A stretch of DNA of 64,000 nt. It comes from Octopus bimaculoides. Taxonomy: Eukaryota. The stretch covers positions 24,676,501 through 24,740,500 of the forward strand of contig NC_069002.1 of NCBI RefSeq assembly GCF_001194135.2. Reading direction: 5' to 3'. A program made the position numbers and the translations under genes. Below are positions 13,343-26,445 of this stretch, piece by piece (positions within the stretch are counted from its first letter, which is position 1; each line of letters opens with the position of its first letter). The notes below the pieces were generated by a model. It did not search any database, was not told the DNA's origin, and saw only the letters and a program-made list of their open reading frames with translations.

Positions 13343-13978
13343 TAAGTGTCACTGGAGACATTTCTTTCTGGACAACTACCGTCTGTCCGATTCGCCATAC
13401 ACATAAACGCTTTCCGCAGAATCAATTTCGACCAGAATTGCTCGAAAGAGGGCCATGTGGTCACATTTCTGTGAACTAAGAAAATTTATCATAAACTAGC
13501 TCCTAAGGAATATAAATAATACGTATTGCATCAAGTACTTAAATTTTCGTTACTAAACAATCATCTATATATATAAATAGCTGTGTATATTTGTATGTGT
13601 GTTTTCCACGTATTCATAGATATATATATATATATATATGTATATGTGTATATATGTATATACNNNNNNNNNNNNNNNNNNNNNNNNNNNNNNNNNNNNN
13701 NNNNNNNNNNNNNNNNNNNNNNNNNNNNNNNNNNNNNNNNNNNNNNNNNNNNNNNNNNNNNNNNNNNNNNNNNNNNNNNNNNNNNNNNNNNNNNNNNNNN
13801 NNNNNNNNNNNNNNNNNNNNNNNNNNNNNNNNNNNNNNNNNNNNNNNNNNNNNNNNNNNNNNNNNNNNNNNNNNNNNNNNNNNNNNNNNNNNNNNNNNNN
13901 NNNNNNNNNNNNNNNNNNNNNNNNNNNNNNNNNNNNNNNNNNNNNNNNNNNNNNNNNNNNNNNNNNNNNNNNNNNNNN

Positions 13979-14035
<57 letters not shown>

Positions 14036-15007
14036 ATGTATATAATCAAAATAAACAGCACTTTGCAATGTTTTGCCAAAAAGCAAGCTATAATTGTCAC
14101 TGAATGCAACCAGGGTGTTATAAAGACTTACATTGCTTGAAATAAGAGCTAAAATGCTCTAAGGCTGTAGTCATAGCACATAACTATGTACATATATACA
14201 GACGGGAGACTGTAATCGTCCGAAAACGCCGTTCGAGAACTTCTTATACTGAATTCAGTTTCGGTACTTTTCGTTACCTCATTAATAAGAACTCGCTCTA
14301 CTTCGGCAGATTCCAGAAATAAGAAAAAATGCTCTCACACACACACACACACACACANNNNNNNNNNNNNNNNNNNNNNNNNNNNNNNNNNNNNNNNNNN
14401 NNNNNNNNNNNNNNNNNNNNNNNNNNNNNNNNNNNNNNNNNNNNNNNNNNNNNNNNNNNNNNNNNNNNNNNNNNNNNNNNNNNNNNNNNNNNNNNNNNNN
14501 NNNNNNNNNNNNNNNNNNNNNNNNNNNNNNNNNNNNNNNNNNNNNNNNNNNNNNNNNNNNNNNNNNNNNNNNNNNNNNNNNNNNNNNNNNNNNNNNNNNN
14601 NNNNNNNNNNNNNNNNNNNNNNNNNNNNNNNNNNNNNNNNNNNNNNNNNNNNNNNNNNNNNNNNNNNNNNNNNNNNNNNNNNNNNNNNNNNNNNNNNNNN
14701 NNNNNNNNNNNNNNNNNNNNNNNNNNNNNNNNNNNNNNNNNNNNNNNNNNNNNNNNNNNNNNNNNNNNNNNNNNNNNNNNNNNNNNNNNNNNNNNNNNNN
14801 NNNNNNNNNNNNNNNNNNNNNNNNNNNNNNNNNNNNNNNNNNNNNNNNNNNNNNNNNNNNNNNNNNNNNNNNNNNNNNNNNNNNNNNNNNNNNNNNNNNN
14901 NNNNNNNNNNNNNNNNNNNNNNNNNNNNNNNNNNNNNNNNNNNNNNNNNNNNNNNNNNNNNNNNNNNNNNNNNNNNNNNNNNNNNNNNNNNNNNNNNNNN
15001 NNNNNNN

Positions 15008-15051
<44 letters not shown>

Positions 15052-15494
15052 CATTGGATATCGTTAAGATGAGACATGCTTTTTATAGCTCTGGCCAGTC
15101 AGTAGCCGACGAAAAAGAAATCATCCCAAACTAGTTGGTCGACTGAAATTTTCTTTGCTTTTTAGCCTCAAAAACTTCGAGATTTACGATTTAGTAATCA
15201 TCGGAAGATTAAGTTGCGTCAGTGGAAATCTGTAACTTATATAAGTTTCTATGCCGTGTGGAGACACAAATCGAAACTAACTGTGCCTGCAAGAAACTTG
15301 TGGGTACACCGTTAATTTCTTCAGATTTCTATTAAATACACAGTTAATTTTTTTCTGATTTGTATTAAATATACTGAACCACTCACAGACACACAAATAT
15401 AGCCAAACACTTTTACTTCCAAATATATCAACTCTCTTACACATATTCACGATTATACATTAAATTATGTAACTCACCAATAACTAACGTAAAT

Positions 15495-17205
15495 CACTGC
15501 CGGATTTACCATTGTACTTATGTGTGCTTAAGTACAAATCCCCATTGACGGGGTGGAGTGGGGGTATCTTCCTGCCCCTACCCCCTATTTTCGACGATCA
15601 ATTTTTCAAATATCAAGCGTTGAAATGTTTTTCCTAAAAGTTATAAAAATGAAATTAATAATGTGAACGCTTTTCCCCGTTATTCTTTAACATAACACCG
15701 TATAGATTATTCTCTATACAAAAATTGGTTTTGATCAGTAATATAACACAATATGAACGCACTCATTACATTATTCAATAAAAAAATATTTTAATAAAAT
15801 AATTCCCATAATGAAAATGAAAGGTTTTCAATGTGTATACCAATACAAAAACATATCATGAATAATTTGCATACAAACACGTAATGTGCACTGGTCTACG
15901 TAAAAAATTACAGAGATAAAACGAGTTATAATGTGAGCACAGTATTATTATAAAATAACACTAATAAATAATTGTTATGTAAAATATTCCTACAACATGA
16001 ACGTACCTAAATTTGGCTTTTTGCTGTGAAATATATGCGATATGTTTGTTATGTTGTATAGGAGTGTTTGTGTGTTGTCATTATTTTTTCGTTTAGTATT
16101 TTCTGTAAGTTCGGTGTAGTTTGTTGTAAGTTTTTGTCTTTCTGTTTTAATTTTTAATATTATATTGCTAATTTCTTTTGTTAATCTATTACATATTGAT
16201 TTTAAATTTGTATTATTAAGTTCGTAGAATCGAATCCAAGCAACTGATATTCTGCTCCAGCTTTGTAATCGTAACAATGAGTAGATGTTATGAAAGTGGT
16301 GCAAGTAAAAGAAAACATGAAAAGCTATAGTTCAACAGCAGCAGGTACAGAACATTCCGATGCACTATTTGGAACCCAGGAATATTTGTTAGTAACACAT
16401 AGTACCAGTGGCACCCAGGAATATTTGTTAGTAACACATAGTACCAGTNNNNNNNNNNGGAATATTTGTTAGTAACACATAGTACCAGTGGCACCCAGGA
16501 ATATTTGTTAGTAACACATAGTACCAGTGGCACTCAGGAATATTTGTTAGTAACACATAGTACCAGTGGCACCTAGGAATACTTTTTAGTATTGCCAGAG
16601 CTACGACTGCCATCAGTGCAACTTATGTTTACATTATAGAAGTACTCACTCACATTCATGATGATAGCACTACAAAGGGTGAGGCTAGACGACAAGATCA
16701 AAATCTTTTGCAGAAAAATGGAAGAATTTGAATTTGTGTTCATGCTTTATCTATGAACAGGTTTGCTTGAGAAGTTTCACGAAGTAAGTAATGCCTTTCA
16801 AGGTGCAGAGATTTCATTGATCACGTGTGCAAATCTGTACTGTTCAATTCTGCAATTTGCAATCCAGCACACAGGAAAACTTTGATGAGATTGAAGAGCA
16901 AGCAAAAAAAATACTCCTACCTGAAGTAGAGTACAAAATTCTCCAATGCAGGCGTTGAGTACGAAAACGACAACACGATGACGGCGGTACAACTAAAGAT
17001 TTGGATGAAATTCCTCCAAGAGATAATTTTAGGATATATTCATTTATCGCTATAATCGATGCTCTGCACTCAAATTTAGACAGCAGAACTATTGTGTATA
17101 GGAGTGTTGCTAACAATTTCTCGTTTTTAATTGAACTCCAAGCACCGAGGGGACAGATTCTCCATGGTGTCGAGAAACTAGTACAAGGATACCCAAAGTA
17201 TGTTG
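15495..17205 (+). mobile_element. Internally deleted hAT transposon (ZMYM1-like/Tip100 group)
   Basis: TIR-like cactgccggatttacc at 15495. ATG at 16277 gives MSRCYESGASKRKH. After the minisatellite, frameshifted ARATTAISATY..LLQKMEEFEFVFML..FQGAEISL..PPRDNFRIYSFIAIIDALHSNLDSR..NFSFL. Confidence 0.8.
16371..16581 (+). repeat. 39-bp tandem minisatellite, at least 5.4 copies, interrupted by a 10-N gap
   Basis: Unit ggcacccaggaatatttgttagtaacacatagtaccagt = 13 codons (GTQEYLLVTHSTS). Units are contiguous with no spacers. Confidence 0.97.
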
Positions 17206-17224
17206 ATCTCAGACTTGTTGATAA

Positions 17225-17350
17225 ATTGTCCACAGGTGCCCCCCACCCCCGATTGTGATTGTCTCTTCCTGCATGTAGTTGATACGCAGCACCTTTGTCT
17301 TTTCCTGGCTGATCCTCAAGCCCACTCGCCGTGAAGTTTCTCTGAGGTGG
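17225..17350 (-). mobile_element. RTE-clade LINE reverse transcriptase fragment
   Basis: Minus-strand translation KIDHLRETSRRVGLRISQEKTKVLRIN resembles the RT region just after the YADD box in RTE elements. Confidence 0.7.
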
Positions 17351-18099
17351 TCTATTTTATCTTACATTAAATAGTATACTGTAAATGCGTAAAGAAGCTT
17401 TAACAAGGTAATACAAAGACAGCAATTTGATTATTTGACTGTTTTGACAGTAAACTTACATCAATCATCATTGTATAATTTATAATCGATATTTTCCAAT
17501 AAAGTTTCAGAATAAAACTGTTGTCAATCTTCAAAGATTAAAACGTTACATGATATTGACTGTAACGACTGTCTCTTGTCTCTTCTCTTTTTATCAAGTT
17601 TGATTGTTTCATCATGTGACCTGTGCAAGTCAGTGTTAGGCGTGTTGGGGTTTTGGTTAATATATAATAGCTTCAAGTTTGTTGCATTGTACATGTCTGA
17701 ATTATAGCCCAGACAGTCTACACCTGTACTTATCCATAAAAGTCATGAAAAGCATTCCCTGAGCCCTGATAATCCAAAACTTTGACTAAGACTTGTTTTA
17801 AAAAACAATCATTGATCTGGTAACACGTAATATTTTAACTACTCCTAAATTTCCTGAGCATGCATGCCTGACTGTCCAAATAATTGGCCTCGTAACTTAA
17901 CTAGCAAAAGGATTCATTTGTCTTAAATCTGGCACTGTCTATAATATTTCTCTATCTACTGAACATGGCCCATAACGTTTTGAAACGTCACTGAGTAGAA
18001 AATAAAATTAATAATCTAATATACGATTGGTACACTTATCATAACAGTGGTGAAACAGCCAGCATTTACAGTTAAAATCACCGAACAATTAGATTCACG

Positions 18100-21000
18100 A
18101 TCTTTTTAGAGAACGTAAACAAATTGAGAATAAAATCTTGAAACCATGAGAACATTCTATATCATGCACACGAACATGAAAATACTAGAAGCAGTTCTGG
18201 AAGCAATAAGTCAAGGATCAACTGAACAACACGTTAGCAAGTGGCAAGAAACATTTACTTTGTTTTCAACATTTTACCATATTTCCAACAGCCCAACTTT
18301 AGTAAGTCTAAATTCACTACAACCATTACGACAGATCAGAATTCGTTTCAACAGCAACATTCTACTACCACTACTACTACTACAACATTAGAAACATTGA
18401 CCAACAATTCTCCCTCCGCCTCAAATGACAATATAGTAAAACCTATTCCATTTAAGTTAAAAAAAACTGCCGTTATCATTCTCAAGGTAGGTCTGGCCCA
18501 GCGACTGCAACAAGGGGTACTACCCTTTCTTCCATCTTCCCTTGTGCCGTAGACTTATTAAGTGCACTTGTCGATATAGTATAACATGAAAAGACCTCCC
18601 CTACCTTCAACCCAAATACAAAATCTATGGCCCTGACCCTAAATATGAATGGACAAAAGGCAAAAGGTCTGCCTTCTTCCATCCTAAACTGTGTCAGAAT
18701 TATCTATCTCGAGGAATATAACTGAATTTGGAATGCAGCTACTACCGTCTCAAAAGGGACAATACGAATGAAATATAAACTGCAACAAAGAGGTAGGGCG
18801 GAAACATTATACAACGACTCGCTGCCACTTAACACCGACCAGTGAAGAATCCCATCCATCAGAAGGAGCTATAGGAAAGCCATAACAACAAATAAAATAA
18901 TCAAGCACAATATATCACCCGATCAAATGAGTAACCAAAGAGGATGTCCTTTTTTACCGATTTATCTGGAAAATGTGAAGGCTCATATAAGCCTAGAGTT
19001 TCAACGAGTAGTCAGCAGCTTTATACCCAAAACTGTAGAAATACCACTCACCATCAACTAGAACATCGCTCCTCACGCACAGCTCAGTACAGAAACTATC
19101 TTCAGTGTTACTGAACAACAAAACACATAAACCAAGTCAATGAGAACACTACAAACAACAACCAGTCTTCGTTTCGACGTTCCAGCTAAATGTTCGTGGC
19201 ACAAACCAACACTCAATGCCCTGGAATGGAAGATTTCACACATAGGGAATTGGCTTCCTGGAACGACATATTACATCCCTTCATCCTCTCAGCAGCTCAT
19301 CTAAACAACATTTACATGGATGCCAAGGTGGAAATTAATAATTTCACCATCGTCTGTGCAGATCGTACAGGCCGAAGTAAAGGAGGAACAGCCATTTTTC
19401 TCCACGATTCTTTTGCTATGAATACCAAGGACGAATTTTTCAATGGCTACTGTGAATCCATATCGTTAATCAACAAGGTTAATGACTTAACCATTGTTTT
19501 TTTTATTTCTTTATTGTTCATAAAGAGCTAAACATAGAGTGGACGAACAAATGGATTAAGTCGATTGCATCGACCCCAGTGCGTAACTAGTACTTATTTA
19601 ATCGATCCTGAAAGGATGAAAGGTAAAGTCGACCACGGCGGAAATTGAACTCAGAACGTAGCGGCAGACGAAATGCCGCTAAGCATTTCGCCCCGCGTGC
19701 TAACGATGACATAACAAGTGTTGGTCTCCTCAGGCCTCTCCAAGTTGCTTTGAAGAGTACCTTCACAATCAAGCGCTTTTTTCAAAATTTCAACTCCGAC
19801 AACATATTGATGATGGGCGATTTTAGCCTCTCTTTTGTGAACTGTCTTACAAATACTCTGAAGTTAAGTAACTGCACTACATCGGACAAAGCAGCAGCAG
19901 AATTTCTTTTCAATTGAATTTTTCCTAACCGTACAAAACAAGATAAAACAATCCTGGATCTGATATTAGGAAACCGTCCATGGCATTTCAGTTGAAAACA
20001 CTCCTCCCGGATCACAACATGGTGCTCTACAACCTTAACTTCCGGTTTATCAAAACCAAATCAGTCACTCACGTTCCACTGCACTTGCTCGATAACATCA
20101 ATTTTCACAAAGCAGACTGGGGAGCAATTAGAAAAAAAAATTGTGACTTATCGATTGGCCCTTCACTCGCAGTTTCTCTGATATTGAAACAACATAGCAG
20201 CGCTTTGTTACTTATACATACTCAAAACACGTGCCTTGGAAACTCACAAGCACGAACAGAAATAGGTTACCAAGAAAGAAACTACACTCATCAGGAGAAT
20301 CAAAAGACTTTTAAAAAAATAACCAAATAAAAAACTACCTATCAACAGTACCCACATTCAATAGCAATAAGAAGGCTTGGGTTGAAAACACATCGTTTGC
20401 AGATCACCATGAAACCCTATATTGACAATCAAAGAACTACAGAGGGAAACTGGGTAATCAAAATATCAAACAGAACCCGAATGTGTTCTATTCATATGCC
20501 ATCAACATAGGACCACTGTCTCATCCGTTGCTCCCCTGATTGATGACAACAGCATTCCCCAACATGATGCTAAAGAAATGGCCGAAGTACTGCAGAAACA
20601 ATATTGTTCTATTTTTAGTGATCCTACTGATATCGATGCAAGTGATATGAACGAACTGAGTCCTCAACTTTTACAGACTCAGACATCATAACAGTAATAA
20701 ATGAGATCAAATACTATTCTGCTTAAGAGTGATCGTTGATAACAAATCTCAGGTGGAGTGTTCACGTCAACAATAAAGTTGATATGGCTTGCAAGATCAA
20801 CTTCTAGTCCAGAGAGCAAGACGTCATAATTCCCGTCTTCTTTTCCTTTGTACGGTCACACCTAGAATACTGCTGCACCTTGTGGTCGCCCCGCATTAAA
20901 CAAAATACTATGAGAATTGAGTCATCTCAGAAAGTAGTCAATAAAAACAATAATGGCACGATCTTGGTTATTGGGACCACCTTAAAACATTCTCTCCAGC

Positions 21001-21290
21001 GCCGCCGTGAGGGCTACGCCATATGCACAATGTGGAGAATATATCACTAGCACTGACCAAACTACCTTAACATTACATTAAGAATTCATCCACGGCTGGG
21101 ACCACGTATCATACGCACCCTACACATTTCAGGTTCACAACACAAGAATTCACTGCAAAACAATTTATTTTTCCTCAACAGGCCCTGCTCTATCTAACAT
21201 TAACCCAAAACAAATCAAAAAAGAAAAATATCTCATTACCTTCAAACGAAACCTGGACACATTTCTTCAAGGAATACCAGGAATTTTCCA
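18100..21290 (+). mobile_element. Degenerate CR1-group LINE: ORF1 remnant, APE endonuclease, RT C-terminus; RT core apparently deleted
   Basis: DAKVEINNFTIVCADRTGRSKGGTAIFL, LMMGDF, ILDLILGN, PDHNMV, NFHKADW (APE); IKQNPNVFYSYA; VRSHLEYCCTLWSP..SLQRRRE..FKRNLDTFLQGIP (CR1 C-terminus). The 5' boundary is uncertain. Confidence 0.82.
19553..19707 (-). mobile_element. tRNA-derived SINE nested in the CR1 endonuclease region
   Basis: Reverse complement atcgttagcacgcggggcgaaatgcttagcggcatttcgtctg..gagttcaatt..gtcgactttacc; interrupts the APE coding sequence. Confidence 0.88.
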
Positions 21291-22569
21291 AAGCTGAACT
21301 GAATGACCTTGTCAGAGATGTATCTCTCTCAAAAGATAAAGCAGAACTGTTGGCATCATGATTGAGGAAGTATCTGCTAGAACACGGTGTTCGTATAACT
21401 TATTTTCGGCAGAGAAATGTGGTTCTACAAACGTGTTTGTCTGTTGAAAGCCCGCTTTGCTTTTACAGTAACATCGATGGACTTTCTGAATGCTTATTAC
21501 AAAATCATGATCTTGCATAGTGGTGTTTGTTTATTGAGTCTTCGAAACGACGTTTAAAAGCTGTACTTCTCCATAATGTTAATTCGAAGCCTTCCATTCC
21601 CATTGCACACTCCGTTCATTTTCATGAATCATATGAGAATATGGAACTTTTACTTCATGCCATTGCCTATGAAAGATACCCATGGAAAATATGTGGAAAT
21701 TTAAAAGTCCTTGGAATGCTAATGGGAATGCTGTCGGGTTTCACAAAATACTGTTGTTTCTTGTGTCTATTGGATAGTCAGGCAACTGACAGACATTTTC
21801 GGAATCAAACTGGCAGACGAGAACATCATACCAGCCAGGACTGTCTAGCGTCAAGAATACACCTCTTGGAGATCCATGTAATGTCCTATTGCCCCCTTTG
21901 CACATAAAGTTTGGATTGATGAAACAGTTTGTAAAGACACTAGGGGAGAGAAATGCCAGAGGGTTTGACTATATTGTAAAAAGGTTTCCCANNNNNNNNN
22001 NNNNNNNNNNNNNNNNNNNNNNNNNNNNNNNNNNNNNNNNNNNNNNNNNNNNNNNNNNNNNNNNNNNNNNNNNNNNNNNNNNNNNNNNNNNNNNNNNNNN
22101 NNNNNNNNNNNNNNNNNNNNNNNNNNNNNNNNNNNNNNNNNNNNNNNNNNNNCATGGTAAAAGATTTCTCCAGGACATTAGTGCTATGCAGAAACGGTAC
22201 CAAGGCTTCTGGAATGACAGTATGCTGGCTGATAACTGCTGGACACTTTACCCTGATTAACCAGGTCAGGAAATCCAAATCACAATGTTTCTAACTCTGT
22301 TGTTCTAACTTTGTTTTGTCTGACCCATTTTTTGTTTTCACTCTTTGTAGAATGGTAGTGATGATTTTTTAAACTCAATAAACTCATTTACTTTCTAAAA
22401 ATAATATGCCTTAATGATTTCATATATACAATTATGCAAAAAACTGAAAAAAACTGATACATGCTGCATACAAATGGAGTGAAATTTTGAAATCAGCATG
22501 AAAAATTAGTCTAAAAAAGTTGGTTTGCATTCATAATGAGTATAATACATTTAATTTTGTTGACCAGTG
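21291..22569 (+). mobile_element. Chapaev3-type (CMC superfamily) DNA transposon remnant with right end
   Basis: AELNDLVRDVSLSKDKAELLAS, LFIESSKRRLKAVLLHN, ICGNLK..GFTKYCCFLCLLDS, PPLHIKFGLMKQFVK, HGKRFLQDISAMQKRYQGFW..MLADNCW. Right end reads ...aattttgttgaccagtg|taa (TIR starting CAC on the minus strand). Family name assigned from recalled motif similarity. Confidence 0.75.
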
Positions 22570-23147
22570 TAACTTTCCTTTCTGTTGACGCATTGCTATA
22601 AAGCTGCCTAATTAAATGATATGTGTGTATGTATGTGTGTGTATGTACATATACATATACATACACAATCAAATATTATATGTGTGTGAGTATGTACATA
22701 TATATATATACATATATATATATTACTTCTCTGATAATAAAGAGTCTCGTAAACACCACAGTAAAATGTGCACATGATATGCATAGCAATACCCAAGTTT
22801 TAAGAATAAAGCTACCCAAGTCCTATTGTATTTCTTAACTGGTTCTCAAACGACTCATTTCATTTCCACAATAACCACTTGTCAATTCCATCAATTCTGT
22901 TAGGGATTCTTATCTGGCGCTTATCCATTAAAGGCTCAGTATTTTGTTGGAAGCTTTTTCTTCTTGGACAAAGATAACGACATGAAGTAGAAACCATTTC
23001 CTCGTTTTGGTCTTAAATGACAGTTGTATAAGTGACACGAAAATATGTTCAGTGGAATATTGATCAATTCTTAGCTACTGCTTCTGTTATCCAAGTTCTA
23101 CGCACCATTCTCTTTTTTATTTATTTATTTGTGCTAGCATTGGAAAC

Positions 23148-23219
<72 letters not shown>

Positions 23220-23415
23220 NNNNNNNNNNNNNNNNNNNNNNNNNNNNNNNNNNNNNNNNNNNNNNNNNNNNNNNNNNNNNNNNNNNNNNNNNNNNNNNNN
23301 NNNNNNNNNNNNNNNNNNNNNNNNNNNNNNNNNNNNNNNNNNNNNNNNNNNNNNNNNNNNNNNNNNNNNNNNNNNNNNNNNNNNNNNNNNNNNNNNNNNN
23401 NNNNNNNNNNNNNNN

Positions 23416-23467
<52 letters not shown>

Positions 23468-23472
23468 TGTGT

Positions 23473-23744
23473 GTGAAGCTTCGTGGCCTACTGGTTACGG
23501 TGTTGCACTCACGATCGCTTGATCGTGGGTTCGATTCTTCTAACGAACGGTGCGTTGTGTCCTTGAGCAAGACACTTCATTTCAAGTTGCTCCAGTCTAC
23601 CCAGCTGTAAATAGGTCACCCTGCAACACACTAGTCTTCTAATCTGGAGAGAATGCTGACCTGCTTGCTTAGTCAAGCGGGGAAGTATCATTCGAAAACT
23701 AAAGCGATGCAAAGTGCATTGTGACCGACAATAGTCTGGTTGAT

Positions 23745-23752
<8 letters not shown>
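23473..23752 (+). mobile_element. CORE-type tRNA-derived SINE
   Basis: Head gtgaagcttcgtggcctactggtta..gggttcgattc (A/B-box-like), then CORE-like gttgtgtccttgagcaagacactt. Confidence 0.85.
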
Positions 23753-23789
<37 letters not shown>

Positions 23790-25179
23790 AAAGAGACCAC
23801 TAAAGTGGACTGTATATACACAAGTACTAAAATCTTTTTAGGATCTCAGAAAACTTTTTCTGAACCTTCTGATTCTTTTAATGTGCTGGTTTCCTGGTAT
23901 TAAATTGATATTAATTAATATCAAATGTTTACCCTNNNNNNNNNNNNNNNNNNNNNNNNNNNNNNNNNNNNNNNNNNNNNNNNNNNNNNNNNNNNNNNNN
24001 NNNNNNNNNNNNNNNNNNNNNNNNNNNNNNNNNNNNNNNNNNNNNNNNNNNNNNNNNNNNNNNNNNNNNNNNNNNNNNNNNNNNNNNNNNNNNNNNNNNN
24101 NNNNNNNNNNNNNNNNNNNNNNNNNNNNNNNNNNNNNNNNNNNNNNNNNNNNNNNNNNNNNNNNNNNNNNNNNNNNNNNNNNNNNNNNNNNNNNNNNNNN
24201 NNNNNNNNNNNNNNNNNNNNNNNNNNNNNNNNNNNNNNNNNNNNNNNNNNNNNNNNNNNNNNNNNNNNNNNNNNNNNNNNNNNNNNNNNNNNNNNNNNNN
24301 NNNNNNNNNNNNNNNNNNNNNNNNNNNNNNNNNNNNNNNNNNNNNNNNNNNNNNNNNNNNNNNNNNNNNNNNNNNNNNNNNNNNNNNNNNNNNNNNNNNN
24401 NNNNNNNNNNNNNNNNNNNNNNNNNNNNNNNNNNNNNNNNNNNNNNNNNNNNNNNNNNNNNNNNNNNNNNNNNNNNNNNNNNNNNNNNNNNNNNNNNNNN
24501 NNNNNNNNNNNNNNNNNNNNNNNNNNNNNNNNNNNNNNNNNNNNNNNNNNNNNNNNNNNNNNNNNNNNNNNNNNNNNNNNNNNNNNNNNNNNNNNNNNNN
24601 NNNNNNNNNNNNNNNNNNNNNNNNNNNNNNNNNNNNNNNNNNNNNNNNNNNNNNNNNNNNNNNNNNNNNNNNNNNNNNNNNNNNNNNNNNNNNNNNNNNN
24701 NNNNNNNNNNNNNNNNNNNNNNNNNNNNNNNNNNNNNNNNNNNNNNNNNNNNNNNNNNNNNNNNNNNNNNNNNNNNNNNNNNNNNNNNNNNNNNNNNNNN
24801 NNNNNNNNNNNNNNNNNNNNNNNNNNNNNNNNNNNNNNNNNNNNNNNNNNNNNNNNNNNNNNNNNNNNNNNNNNNNNNNNNNNNNNNNNNNNNNNNNNNN
24901 NNNNNNNNNNNNNNNNNNNNNNTATATATTCTTGTATATAGTGATTGAGGGAGATACAGTTAGTCAGCCAGTGACAGAAGCAAACAGAAGTGGGAGAAAG
25001 TCTAATTTGATAAGTGTTGCGCTCAGTCGGAAATCATGCTGATATTTCTACTAACCTACGTTAGGTTTAGAGAAATCGCAATTGCTATGTGCATGGCTTT
25101 ATGTCCGTAGATACAGGTACACACACATATGCACACATAAATATAAATGTTTATTTTATCTCACACATACACACACGCA

Positions 25180-25210
<31 letters not shown>

Positions 25211-25664
25211 GCATATGTAAATGAGTAGTATAAGATGTGGATCCACAGAATCGTGCGGCTATCATAGAAAGCTCCTCAACTGTCGGCGCATAATATAATC
25301 AATTACCGAGAAGTGTAATGTAGAATATATATGTAACTGAAATTCCGAAACACTCGAGCTATAAAATTACTTCATGAGTATAGAACGCTATAAAGGCAGC
25401 GGGTATGAGAGGTGAATATATATTTACTTAACAATGTGTGAATCCATAGAATTACAGCCATTTCGCAACCCTATTCATATAATATTAATTTTAGTATGAA
25501 AGAAAGAGTGAAAATTCTAATCTTCGACCTTATTTACGCCATGTAGTAATTCACTGTTGTTGAATTTTATTTCTTGATTTCCATCTACCATACATTCATC
25601 GATGATTTCTGTGAAAATTTTAAATCCGCAGCTGTTTTCTTCTCCACTTACCCATCTAGATAAT

Positions 25665-25882
25665 TCTTTTCTTTTCTATTTTAAGCACAAGGCCCCAAAT
25701 TTTTGGGGAGGGGGGCAGTCGATTAAATCAACCCAGTACGCAACTGGTATTTATTTAATCGACCCTTAAAAGATGAAAGGCAAAGTCGACCTCGGTGGAA
25801 TTTGAACTCAGAACGTAAAGACAAATGAAATACCGCTAAGCATTTCGCCCGGCATCCTAACGTTTTTGCCAGCTCACCGCCT
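25665..25882 (-). mobile_element. Full-length tRNA-derived SINE (ggcggtgagctggc head)
   Basis: Co-linear with the copies at 19553 and 31932. Confidence 0.88.
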
Positions 25883-26296
25883 TACTCATTTAGATAGTTA
25901 AGTTGGCTAAAATTTACATCTTATTTCTTATATACTTTTTATGCCATTTATCTATTTATTTGATTCATTCATTTTTACTTCCTACCTTCCGTACATTGTA
26001 TATAAAAACAGGTAATTTTCTGTGTATATTTAGAGTTGAATTATTGGTATAACCATGATGTTCCGATAATCTGATGAGCTTACTTTCTTTAATTGCATTA
26101 ATTTGTGAATATAAGATTGTAGTGTATAACGCCGAGCATCAAATTAATGCAAATAATTTCTACCATATTGAAAATAATATTACATGAAGTAGATTGCGAA
26201 ATAGCTACCGTAATCATCGGGAAGTCACTTAGTTAATTAAATATATATCCACCTCTCATACTTCCTGATTTTATGGTTTTATATACGCACGCGCGC

Positions 26297-26332
<36 letters not shown>

Positions 26333-26396
26333 AATGAAATGAGATAACAAAGCGAAGGTAGCTGATATTTCTAGGACATTTATAAAGAGAAAGGTA

Positions 26397-26445
26397 GTCT
26401 CACAGCTGTTTTAAGGATATAAAAGATATACCATCATCAGAGACG
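26397..26445 (-). ncRNA. Hammerhead motif, probably inactivated (G12 to A, cleavage triplet GUG)
   Basis: Reverse complement gucu-CUGAUGA-UGGUAUAUCUUUUAUAUCCUUA-AAAAC-AGCU-GUG-agac. Confidence 0.6.

Noticed and set aside
16371-16581. 39-bp repeats as a CRISPR array
   Set aside because: The units are contiguous with no unique spacers, there are no cas genes, and the context is a eukaryotic transposon.
17965-18010. Additional hammerhead (ctgaacatggc..gaaacgtc)
   Set aside because: Too many core and stem mismatches; at most a highly decayed pLTR remnant.
23473-23545. tRNA gene (similar heads at 12337, 13060, 25880, 31932)
   Set aside because: These are tRNA-derived SINE heads that run into SINE bodies; no complete cloverleaf is evident.
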